From Thermofilum adornatum (GTDB lineage Archaea > Thermoproteota > Thermoprotei > Thermofilales > Thermofilaceae), in the NCBI RefSeq assembly GCF_000446015.1, contig NC_022093.1:60001-92000 (forward strand): DNA of 32,000 bases, in the 5' to 3' direction. A program made the translations under genes and the position numbers. Below the pieces are notes generated by a model. The model was not told the DNA's origin and did not search any database. It saw only the letters and a program-made list of their open reading frames with translations. Positions 1-7,593 of the stretch are shown in pieces. Each line of letters begins with the position of its first letter. Position 1 is the first letter of the stretch.

Positions 1-317
1 ACTCCACCTACGTAGCCGGCTATGATGCCGAGGCCGACACCGACTATTGTTGCAATTAGCGCGGCAATAAGTCCTACTGATAGAGATACCCTTAGCCCAT
101 ACACAGTTGCACTGAAGACATCGTATCCCATATTATCGACACCGAAGGGGTGTTCCCATGAGGGTGGCTGGGACCTCACTGGGAGAACCTGGTTGGGCTT
201 GTATGGCGTCAAAAAAGGCCCAATTATGGCTAAAGCGATTACTGCGAAGATTGCTGAAACGCAGAACCAGAACATCTTATTCCTCTTTAACAAATAGATA
301 GTTATGCTTCTCGACAT
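1..317 (-). CDS. ABC transporter permease, OppC/DppC-like (N-terminal part; gene runs off the left edge)
   Basis: Absent from the ORF track because it is truncated. Reverse complement from ATG at 317 reads MSRSITIYLLKRNKMFWFCVSAIFAVIALAIIGPFLTPYKPNQVLPVRSQPPSWEHPFGVDNMGYDV... This is an N-terminal TM helix followed by the H-x-F/L-G-x-D-x-x-G-x-D box typical of OppC/DppC permeases. It starts 1 nt after the stop (319-321) of the upstream permease. Confidence 0.8.
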   Translation of the reverse strand, partial: MSRSITIYLLKRNKMFWFCVSAIFAVIALAIIGPFLTPYKPNQVLPVRSQPPSWEHPFGVDNMGYDVFSATVYGLRVSLSVGLIAALIATIVGVGLGIIAGYVGG

Positions 318-318
318 T

Positions 319-1332
319 TTACACACCCGATATGCCGAGCCTTATCCTTGGGTCTAGCATTGCGTACAAAATGTCCACAATAAAATTGGCCACAATAACC
401 ATCAATGTGTATGCGACAATTATGCCCTGGATGAGAAAGACGTCCCTGAAGTTAATTGCATAAATCAAAGCTATGCCTGCTCCAGGATAATTAAACACAG
501 AGGAGACAACGATGCCCGCGACTATTATCGTTCCTAGCTGTATTCCGAGACCAGATATCTGTGGATTAATAGCGTATCTGAACGCGTACTCTGCAATTTT
601 CCTGTCGGAGAAGCCTAGCATCTCCATGTACCTGGAATAGTTTGAGCCAAGCTCCTGAATCATCATAGACCTCATTCCAGACGCCCATCCACCAATAGCT
701 ATGAGGGTCAGTGACAAGAAGGGGAGAGTGTAAGCTTTCAAGAAATTTGTCAGGGTCTCCCCGTTGAAAGAAGTGAAAATAGCGTCTATGTCGCTAGACA
801 TAATCGTTGCCTTGAATACGGGATAGACCACGCCGAGCTCATAGGCAAAGAGGAGCCCAAGTAGGAAATAGGGAGTAGCTGTCAAAACGTAGAATATGGG
901 CAAAAGAAACTTGTCGAGCTTTCTGTTCCTAGCGGCTAGAGCACCGACATAGTTCCCGATGAACCAGCTAACGAGGACGCTTGGCGTCAAGAGTAAGAGA
1001 TCTCTAACGAGTATCTCACGCAACTTGCTTGTTACCGGTGCAGAGAAATAGGTACTGTAGCCCAGGTCACCCATTATTAGCCTGCTCCAAAACAGTGCGT
1101 ACTGCTGTGGCAGGGGAAGGTTCCACCCTAGAAACTCTATAGCTCTCCTCCTGTATTCTTCGATTTGTTCCTCTGTGTATCTTACGCCTGGAGCCATCAT
1201 GGACCTCATTACATTGGTAAGGGCTGGGTCTCCTGGGGCGAAGCGGATAAGTAGCCATACAATAGTTATGGCAATAACGAAAACGACTAGATATGTTGCT
1301 CCGCGCTTTAGAATATAGGATTTAACAGACAT
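319..1332 (-). CDS. ABC transporter permease, OppB/DppB-like
   Basis: 337-aa ORF with multiple hydrophobic spans. N-terminus (ILKRGATYLVVFVIAITIVWLLIRFAPGDP) and C-terminus (DILYAMLDPRIR) are typical of the Opp/Dpp B permease family. AGGTG Shine-Dalgarno-like element about 9 nt upstream of the ATG. Confidence 0.9.
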   Translation of the reverse strand: MSVKSYILKRGATYLVVFVIAITIVWLLIRFAPGDPALTNVMRSMMAPGVRYTEEQIEEYRRRAIEFLGWNLPLPQQYALFWSRLIMGDLGYSTYFSAPVTSKLREILVRDLLLLTPSVLVSWFIGNYVGALAARNRKLDKFLLPIFYVLTATPYFLLGLLFAYELGVVYPVFKATIMSSDIDAIFTSFNGETLTNFLKAYTLPFLSLTLIAIGGWASGMRSMMIQELGSNYSRYMEMLGFSDRKIAEYAFRYAINPQISGLGIQLGTIIVAGIVVSSVFNYPGAGIALIYAINFRDVFLIQGIIVAYTLMVIVANFIVDILYAMLDPRIRLGISGV

Positions 1333-1344
1333 GTTTTCTACACC

Positions 1345-1383
1345 TAAAAATATAAAACAAAAAAATATATTTTTTAATTTTCT
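1345..1383 (-). terminator. T-rich tract (read on minus strand) between binding-protein gene and permease genes; possible intra-operon attenuator
   Basis: On the minus strand, the SBP stop (1384-1386) is immediately followed by AAATTAAAAAATATATTTTTTTGTTTTATATTTTT. Oligo-T runs are the known archaeal termination signal. Confidence 0.3.
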
Positions 1384-3294
1384 TTATTTCTTTCCCGCCT
1401 CTTCTTTTTTGGGCTTCTTTCTAAGGAACATGTAGACAGCTATGACAATGATGACAAGCACTACGATGACTATGCCTATTGTAGTGTAGTCTGGGCCAGC
1501 AGGAGCTGTTGGCTGTGTAGTTGGCTGGGGCTGTTGCTGTGCTGGCTGTGTTGCCGGCTTGAGGTTGAGGAGCACCAGCAAGCCGCCGTGTTGCCATTGT
1601 CCGTTCCAGTTTGTTGGAACAGCGTATGGGTTATTATCGTTCGGCCACCCTGTCCAGTACTTCTGGGAAGCAAGGAACCAGTAACCATTCAGCCAGAGTG
1701 GTAATGCTGGCATCTCGTCTAGCAAGATCTGCTGGATGTCCCTCAGGACGCTCTTCATCTTGTCCGTCTGGTCTGGAGGTATCTTGCCGAGCTGGGTAAT
1801 CAGTTGCTGTAGCTTCGCGTTCTGGTATCTACCCATGTTTCCTGTCCATATGCCAGGCGTAGCGTTGTAGGCCCAGTAGTATAGCTGGTATGGAGTGGGC
1901 GCGGCGAAGCTTCCGAAGTTGTTTATAGCTGCGTCATATGTGCCCTTGTCTATTTGCTCAACATATGCGCCGAAGTCTGGGAAGACAGCTTCCGCGTTTA
2001 TTCCGACAGCCTTCAAGTCGTCTGCTATGCTGATTGCGGCGAACATCCAGTCTGTCCAGCCATAGGGAACAATTATTGTTACTTTTAGTGGCTTGCCGTC
2101 TGGGGTCTCGCGCCAGCCGTCCCCATTGACGTCCTTGTATCCAGCCTGGTCTAGGATCTGCTTCGCCTTCTGTGGGTCATACTTGTATCCATACTGGTTC
2201 AACAAGTCTGTGGCAAGGTATTGTTGCCAATATGGTAGGAGGCCAACAGGGTTTGAGGCGACGACTGCACCTTCATAAGCCGAGTTAATTATCTTGTTTA
2301 TGTCTATTGCATAGTAAAGTGCTTTCCTAAAGTTGGGGTCGTTAAATGGCTTCTTAGCCGTGTTCAAGAAGAGGAATGCAACGTTTGCCGACAAGTAGTA
2401 TGGGCTCTTTGAATAGAATGAAACTACGTAGCCTTTCTGAACCATTGTTGGTCCTCCAGGTATGTAGAAGGTACTCCAGTCGAGCTCGCCGGCTCCCAGC
2501 ATGTTGGCAGCTACCTGGTTGCTGTAGACAATTACTCCCTTTATGTACTTGGGGCCTGGAAGCTTTCCGAAGACGTCTTTGCCCCACCAGTTGTCGACTC
2601 TTTCCAGTATGAAGTAGTCGTCACCTGTGTATAGCACCTTGTACATTCCGCTTCCCAGAAGCTTTGTGGGATCCTTGTTTTCGGCAATGACGGGCCACTT
2701 GCCGAGGTCTGTCAGCTCGTTTCCGTACTGGTTTACATAGGGTTCATAGTATTTCTTGGGGAGAATTGGTGCACTGTAGAGCTGGTACAGGAAATCTCCA
2801 TAGTTAACGTTCTGCGGGTCAAATTTAAAGCGGACGGTCTTGCTATCAACAACAACGACATCTGTGATGTAGTTTCTTACTCCTGCCCAAGCGGCAGAAG
2901 TAACTTTCCTTGGAACATCGTAGAACGTAAACCTTACGTCGTCTGCTGTTACGGGGCTGCCATCCCACCATTTGGCCTCTGGCCTAATCTTGATCTCGAC
3001 CTCGGTTGGAGATATCCAGTTGGGCAGTGCTGCGGCAAGCCACGGCTGGAACCTTTCGTTCTCAGGCTTGATTGGGATCCATAGGTATAGCGGCTCATAG
3101 ATTAGGCCGTTTGTTCCTGAGACAGAGCCGCCATAATTGAGTGGATTGAATTTCTTGGGGGGCTCCCACCATGCTCCACCAGTTATTAGCGTCTGTTCTC
3201 TTGGGATGTTTGGCGGTTGCGCTAAGACGGGTACAGCGACAATGATTGCTATCAGGAGTATGGCTATTGCCAGGGATATTTTCCCTTTGTTCAT
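1384..3294 (-). CDS. ABC transporter substrate-binding protein, family 5 (Opp/Dpp class), C-terminally membrane-anchored; probably beta-glucoside/oligosaccharide specific
   Basis: Large ORF. I prefer ATG 3294 (MNKGKISLAIAILLIAIIVAVPVLAQ signal-like N-terminus, GTGAT SD-like 5 nt upstream) over the track start at 3336. The C-terminus has a Q/P/T-rich linker (PATQPAQQQPQPTTQPTAPAGP), a TM helix and a lysine-rich tail, as in crenarchaeal Opp-class sugar binding proteins. Divergent from a GH1 glycosidase. Confidence 0.88.
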   Translation of the reverse strand: MNKGKISLAIAILLIAIIVAVPVLAQPPNIPREQTLITGGAWWEPPKKFNPLNYGGSVSGTNGLIYEPLYLWIPIKPENERFQPWLAAALPNWISPTEVEIKIRPEAKWWDGSPVTADDVRFTFYDVPRKVTSAAWAGVRNYITDVVVVDSKTVRFKFDPQNVNYGDFLYQLYSAPILPKKYYEPYVNQYGNELTDLGKWPVIAENKDPTKLLGSGMYKVLYTGDDYFILERVDNWWGKDVFGKLPGPKYIKGVIVYSNQVAANMLGAGELDWSTFYIPGGPTMVQKGYVVSFYSKSPYYLSANVAFLFLNTAKKPFNDPNFRKALYYAIDINKIINSAYEGAVVASNPVGLLPYWQQYLATDLLNQYGYKYDPQKAKQILDQAGYKDVNGDGWRETPDGKPLKVTIIVPYGWTDWMFAAISIADDLKAVGINAEAVFPDFGAYVEQIDKGTYDAAINNFGSFAAPTPYQLYYWAYNATPGIWTGNMGRYQNAKLQQLITQLGKIPPDQTDKMKSVLRDIQQILLDEMPALPLWLNGYWFLASQKYWTGWPNDNNPYAVPTNWNGQWQHGGLLVLLNLKPATQPAQQQPQPTTQPTAPAGPDYTTIGIVIVVLVIIVIAVYMFLRKKPKKEEAGKK

Positions 3295-3368
3295 GTTTAT
3301 CACGGTTGTATTTTTTAGGCATGTTATAATTAGCATGGCTCTTTATAAATTTTGTGGTAGTTATTTTT

Positions 3369-3385
3369 AAGGTAAAAGTTACCTT
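3369..3385. promoter_or_regulatory. Perfect 7-bp inverted repeat AAGGTAA-aag-TTACCTT in the divergent SBP/GH1 promoter region (candidate operator)
   Basis: Read directly from the sequence. It lies between the two divergent TATA-like boxes (about 3340-3350 and 3456-3463). Confidence 0.3.
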
Positions 3386-3455
3386 GGAACGTATTTAAAA
3401 GTATAGACTGAGTATTTTTTTATAATCCTCGGTTGATTTACAGCAAGAGGATAGG

Positions 3456-3463
3456 TTTATAAG
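3456..3463 (+). promoter_or_regulatory. TATA-like box (TTTATAAG) for the GH1 gene
   Basis: Centred about 25 nt upstream of TTG 3484 and 34 nt upstream of ATG 3493. This fits archaeal TATA-to-TSS spacing and a leaderless or very short-leader mRNA. Confidence 0.45.
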
Positions 3464-3483
3464 CATCCTCAGAAAAACCTAAA

Positions 3484-5049
3484 TTGACTAAAATGGTTAG
3501 AAAGGAATTCCCTGAGAACTTTAAATGGGGCGTCTCTCAGTCGGGATTCCAGTTCGAGATGGGCGACCCGTACAGGAGATACATCGATGTAAACACTGAC
3601 TGGTGGCACTGGGTACGAGACCCCAAAAACATAACGAGCAAACTTGTTAGTGGCGATTTGCCCGAGGAAGGTATAAACTATATCGAGTTCTACAGGCACG
3701 ACCACGAATACGCGAAAAACCTTGGAATGAATATTTATAGGCTGGGTATAGAGTGGAGCCGTATTTTCCCCTATCCGACAACATTTATTGAGACGGATGT
3801 ATCCTACGACGGGAACGGTCTCGTCCAGGATGTAAAGATAGATAAAGAGACTCTAGCCAAGCTTGACAAGATAGCCAACAGGGACGCCGTTGCAATGTAC
3901 CGTGCAATAATACAGGACCTCAGGTCGAGAGGCTTCAAAGTAATTGTAAACTTGTTCCACTTCACTCTGCCATTCTGGCTACACGATCCAATCAAGGCCA
4001 GGGAGACAAACCTCAACAACGACAGAAGGGGGCTCGTAGAGGAAAGCTTCCCGATAGAATTTGCAAAATACGCTGCATACATTGCCTGGAAAATCGGAGA
4101 CCTTGTGGACATGTGGTCGACAATGAATGAGCCAATGGTGCCAGTAGAGCTCGGCCTTATTGGGCCCTATACAGGTTTTCCGCCAGGCGTGATGAGACCA
4201 GACGTTGTACCAAGAGCCATGGCTAATATTGCCCTTGCACATGCACTTGCCTACGAACAAATAAAGAGGTTTGACACCGCCAAGGCTGATGCGGACTCTT
4301 CTTCCCCCGCGGAGGTGGGCATTATCCACAACATTATCCCAGCTTATCCTGCAGACACGGCAGGCAACGATAGGGCTGTTGAGCACTACAACTATTTCCA
4401 TAATACCTATATTTTGGACGCTATTACAAAGGGACAAGTAGACCTAGAACTAGACGAGAAAACCATTGTTAAGGCAAATGTTCTAGGCAACAAGCTTGAC
4501 TGGCTAGGTGTAAACTACTATACAAGGATAGTTGTCAGAGAACAGAAAGGGAGGTTCCCCGGTCGACCAGTCCTAGACTTTGACGGAGTAGCAGGCTACG
4601 GATATGCATGCGTCCCATTCGGCTTCTCAAAGATTGGAAGACCATGTGACGGTATGGGGTGGGAAATGTATCCAGAAGGTCTTCTAGATGCCCTAAAGAT
4701 AGGCTACAAATACGCCAGCAAGATATATGTCACAGAGCATGGGGTATCAGACGCTAGGGACATACTTCGGTCAAAGTCAATCGTAAACCACCTTTACATC
4801 TTGCATGAGGCAATCGAAAGCGGCATCCCAGTTAGGGGGTATCTACACTGGGCCCTAACAGACAACTATGAGTGGCCCCACGGATTTAGACAGCGCTTCG
4901 GTCTCTACGAGGTTGACTTGCTTACAAAGGAGCGGAGGCCGCGGAAGTCAGTAAGCCTTATGCAGGAGATAATCTCCGGGAACTCCCTTAGAGATAACCA
5001 TTTATCAGCCCTCATATCCTTCAACAAACATAGCAGTGAAAATATATGA
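3484..5049 (+). CDS. Glycoside hydrolase family 1 beta-glycosidase (cytoplasmic)
   Basis: 521-aa ORF with a GH1 N-terminus (FPENFKWGVSQSGFQFEMG). The acid/base motif is TMNEP and the nucleophile motif is YVTEHG (canonical form is TENG). C-terminal WALTDNYEW...RFGLYEVD is also GH1-like. No signal peptide. The start may be ATG 3493 rather than TTG 3484. Confidence 0.93.
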   Translation: MTKMVRKEFPENFKWGVSQSGFQFEMGDPYRRYIDVNTDWWHWVRDPKNITSKLVSGDLPEEGINYIEFYRHDHEYAKNLGMNIYRLGIEWSRIFPYPTTFIETDVSYDGNGLVQDVKIDKETLAKLDKIANRDAVAMYRAIIQDLRSRGFKVIVNLFHFTLPFWLHDPIKARETNLNNDRRGLVEESFPIEFAKYAAYIAWKIGDLVDMWSTMNEPMVPVELGLIGPYTGFPPGVMRPDVVPRAMANIALAHALAYEQIKRFDTAKADADSSSPAEVGIIHNIIPAYPADTAGNDRAVEHYNYFHNTYILDAITKGQVDLELDEKTIVKANVLGNKLDWLGVNYYTRIVVREQKGRFPGRPVLDFDGVAGYGYACVPFGFSKIGRPCDGMGWEMYPEGLLDALKIGYKYASKIYVTEHGVSDARDILRSKSIVNHLYILHEAIESGIPVRGYLHWALTDNYEWPHGFRQRFGLYEVDLLTKERRPRKSVSLMQEIISGNSLRDNHLSALISFNKHSSENI

Positions 5050-5279
5050 CCAAAACCATAGCGGTAGACGAGGCTACCTGGAAAAAGCTAAGGGCACTTA
5101 AAGACAAGCTTGGACTGCAGTCCTACAACGACGTTATAAACATCCTGGTTGAGCGATGGCACGTCACTGAAATAAAAGAAGCCGTAGACACATTGAGCCT
5201 GGATCTTGAGCCGCAAGAAGCCGTCTCCATACTTAAAAGCATGAGAAAAATGAGGGCGCCAAACATTGACAAACAGTGA
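5046..5279 (+). CDS. vapB: VapB-type antitoxin (small archaeal KTI-x-V...W-x-x-L family)
   Basis: 77-aa ORF. MTKTIAVDEATWKKLRALKDKLGLQSYNDVINILVERW matches the common archaeal antitoxin pattern found upstream of PIN genes. Its ATG overlaps the GH1 stop (ATGA at 5046-5049), and a PIN ORF overlaps downstream. Confidence 0.7.
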   Translation: MTKTIAVDEATWKKLRALKDKLGLQSYNDVINILVERWHVTEIKEAVDTLSLDLEPQEAVSILKSMRKMRAPNIDKQ

Positions 5280-5745
5280 AGAGCTCCTCGAACAATCCGA
5301 CCTGTTGCTTGACGCGTCAGCTCTGGCTGTACTTCACAGCTCAAAGTATAGGGACTTTATACCCATAATTGTTTCTAGATTCAATGTTCACGTTACAATT
5401 TTCTCGCTGGTAGAGTTCGCAGCGTCTATATACTATACGAGAAAAACACCGCCCTCCACAAGTATAATGCAGGTCATGCGGAAAATATACAACGTGATTG
5501 ACACCCTCGACGATGCACTCATTGAAAAAATCGCAATGCTGATGGGAGAGCTTACTCACTACTCTATACCTGCCACTTTTGAAGACGTAGCCAACGTAGT
5601 CATAGCCCTGCAGAGAAAAATGGTTCTTGTAACTGGGGACCCAGAGAGATACACGGGTCTAGAAAAATACGGCGCGATAATACTTAACGTGGAGGAACTT
5701 ATCCAGTCAACGGAAGAATTCTTGGAAAGAGAAATCAAGCCATAA
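5266..5745 (+). CDS. vapC: PIN-domain ribonuclease toxin (VapC)
   Basis: N-terminal LLLDASALAVL (first PIN acidic residue). SLVEFAAS follows, and C-terminal ALQRKMVLVTGDPERY is the typical xxT-x-D motif. Overlaps the vapB-like ORF. The start is TTG 5266, or possibly TTG 5305. Confidence 0.7.
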   Translation: MTNSEELLEQSDLLLDASALAVLHSSKYRDFIPIIVSRFNVHVTIFSLVEFAASIYYTRKTPPSTSIMQVMRKIYNVIDTLDDALIEKIAMLMGELTHYSIPATFEDVANVVIALQRKMVLVTGDPERYTGLEKYGAIILNVEELIQSTEEFLEREIKP

Positions 5746-5815
5746 GTTTCTCGCAACTCCCTTCACTTTTAGTAGTAATCGCACCTTTAATAATAACATA
5801 ATGGAAAGAATATAC

Positions 5816-6223
5816 TCAAACTTCGTCGTGCCTAAGAGCATGTAGACCCTGAACTGACTTGTAAGCACCGTCAAGCGAGACTATAATTCCGTCAAAGAGC
5901 AAGGCAGTAGCAGCGTGCAACGAATCAAAAAATGAAGGGTCATGCTTCTCTCTTAGCACTGAAGCCCTAATTTGTACTTCAAGCGTTGGAGGCGCTTCTC
6001 TCAAGTTTGGAGAGTTCCAAAAGTAGAATAGGTCTTCCCTAATATCACGCTCGCCGTATCCCCTTTACCTAAGGAGCAAGGAATATTCTAAATAAGCCGA
6101 GGAGGCAACTCGTACATTTTTGTATTTTCCTGTAGCTACCTTTTCAAAGAATTTGCAAACAACTTAGCGATAATTATCATTCTTGTTAACATAGGCAATC
6201 AGTGAGTCTACCTCCACAATCAT
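5816..6223 (-). pseudogene. PIN-domain (VapC) pseudogene with two in-frame TAA stops
   Basis: From ATG 6223 a single frame of 136 codons reads MIVEVDSLIAYVNKNDNYR*VVCKFFEKVATGKYKNVRVASSAYLEYSLLLR*RGYGERDIREDLFYFWNSPNLREAPPTLEVQIRASVLREKHDPSFFDSLHAATALLFDGIIVSLDGAYKSV... It shows PIN features (N-terminal D, DSLHAATAL, VS-x-D). The stops are at 6164-6166 and 6065-6067. The track shows only the last 62 codons. Confidence 0.7.
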
Positions 6224-6474
6224 TTTCCAGCCTCCCTCATGATGACTTCGTCGGCCTTTTCCTCTACAACGTCATAAGTAAGAAGGGGATCCTCGTACTT
6301 AGCGCGCAAAGCTTTTGCAGGGTTCTTAATTACCTCTATGATTACTTTACCATTTTCCACCCTCCATACTAGAATGTCCCCGACCTCTAATCCTAAAACT
6401 TTCCTGATGCCTGCTGGATCACTTGTAAGATACTTATTACTTACTTTGCTATGCTCCGTAACTAATCCTAAGAA
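6220..6474 (-). pseudogene. AbrB/SpoVT-type antitoxin (VapB) remnant lacking a canonical start codon
   Basis: The open frame reads (FLGL)VTEHSKVSNKYLTSDPAGIRKVLGLEVGDILVWRVENGKVIIEVIKNPAKALRAKYEDPLLTYDVVEEKADEVIMREAGK*. It has the swapped-hairpin AbrB pattern (IRKxLGLxxGD...V). Its stop overlaps the PIN ATG (ATGA). There is no ATG/GTG/TTG before the internal GTG of RVENG. Confidence 0.5.
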
Positions 6475-6597
6475 TTATAAGAAATCTTAGCTTAAAAATT
6501 TTCTTAGCTCAGTTATTTCTACCAAATTTAATAAATCGTATATTCCACGAGATTTGGCTTATTATTTGGCTCTTTAGTTATTTACTCGTTTTTCTTA

Positions 6598-7593
6598 CTA
6601 TTTGATATAGTTGTTTTGTTTGTACCATTGGATTGTTTCACGGAGCCCAGTCTTGAGGTCGTATCTTGGCTGGTAGCCTAGTTCCTTTCTGGCTTTTTGT
6701 ATGCTGTAGGCCCTGTTCGTGGTTACGGAGTCTACAAGCGCCGTCCTGTGCATCAGGTTTCCCTCTCCAGTTAGACGGTCATAGGCTTCTAGGGGTGCCA
6801 AAAGGATCTTCGCTAGTAGAGGTGGTACACTTATCTTGGGTGGCTTTATCCCTGTTAATTCATAGAGTATCTCGTATACCTGGTTGTACGTGTACCACTT
6901 GTCCTCGGTGATTATATATGTCTGGTTGACAGCGACGTCTTTTTCCAGTGCAAGCATGAAGCCTTGGACAACGTCCTTCACATGTGCGAACTGGATAAGT
7001 GTTTCTCCTGTCCCTATCTTCACGAGGCTGGCAAGCCCCCTGCTGGCGTAGCTCGTGATAAACCAGTACGACACGTCGTCAACGTTTCGTGGGCCATATA
7101 TCCCCGAAGGTCTAATAATCGTGTATTTTAGCCCTTTCTCTGCCAAGGCCTTTACCTCTGCTTCAGCCTTTGCCTTGGATCGCCCGTATTCGAACTGCGG
7201 GTTTAGTGGAGTAGTTTCGTCTGCCGGCGGGTTTTTCACTGGCCCTATTGCCTCTGTGCTACTACAGTATATGAAGCGGTCTACATTGTTTTTTAGGGAG
7301 GCTTCTGCGAGCCACCTTGTCCCCTTAACGTTTACAAGCTCGTATAGCTCTTTCTTGCCAAAAAATGTGTAGTAGGCAGCTAGATGCACGACTACGTCTA
7401 CGCCACGTGTTGCTGGTCCGAGGGTTTCAGGCTTCGTTATGTCGCCCTCTATCATTTCGACTCCTAGTTCTCTGAGGAGCGCCGTGTTGCTTGTCCTGCG
7501 TACAAGTGCTCTAACGCTGTATCCCTTTGCCACGAGCTCCTCGACGAGGTGTCCTCCAAGGAAGCCTGTAGACCCTGTGACTAGTATCTTCAC
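6598..7593 (-). CDS. Extended short-chain dehydrogenase/reductase (NAD-dependent epimerase/dehydratase family; aldehyde-reductase-like)
   Basis: 331 aa. It has the Rossmann motif KILVTGSTGFLGGHLV and the catalytic Y-x-x-x-K (YGRSKAKAE). The C-terminal IQKARKELGYQPRY is typical of the extended-SDR family. The GTG start overlaps the upstream stop (GTGA, 7590-7593). Confidence 0.88.
   Translation of the reverse strand: MKILVTGSTGFLGGHLVEELVAKGYSVRALVRRTSNTALLRELGVEMIEGDITKPETLGPATRGVDVVVHLAAYYTFFGKKELYELVNVKGTRWLAEASLKNNVDRFIYCSSTEAIGPVKNPPADETTPLNPQFEYGRSKAKAEAEVKALAEKGLKYTIIRPSGIYGPRNVDDVSYWFITSYASRGLASLVKIGTGETLIQFAHVKDVVQGFMLALEKDVAVNQTYIITEDKWYTYNQVYEILYELTGIKPPKISVPPLLAKILLAPLEAYDRLTGEGNLMHRTALVDSVTTNRAYSIQKARKELGYQPRYDLKTGLRETIQWYKQNNYIK

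Noticed and set aside
22-297. 91-aa plus-strand ORF at the left edge
   Set aside because: It lies antisense to a clear OppC/DppC permease N-terminus (minus strand, start 317) and has no recognisable features. It is a shadow ORF.
3295-3336. N-terminal extensions suggested by the longest-ORF starts (3336; likewise 10368 and 15673)
   Set aside because: In each case the extension precedes the signal or TM segment, or sits upstream of or on the TATA-like box. A downstream ATG has better SD or promoter spacing (3294, 10311, 15583).
3804-4437. 102-aa and 152-aa ORFs antisense to the GH1 gene
   Set aside because: The GH1 frame is unambiguous because its catalytic motifs are present. The antisense ORFs have no features and are typical shadow ORFs.
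5816-6223. Idea that the two in-frame TAA codons reflect stop-codon reassignment or programmed readthrough
   Set aside because: TAA is used as the ordinary terminator by many confident genes in this window (e.g. 319-321, 1384-1386, 11795-11797). The partner antitoxin is also damaged, so a pseudogene is the simpler explanation.
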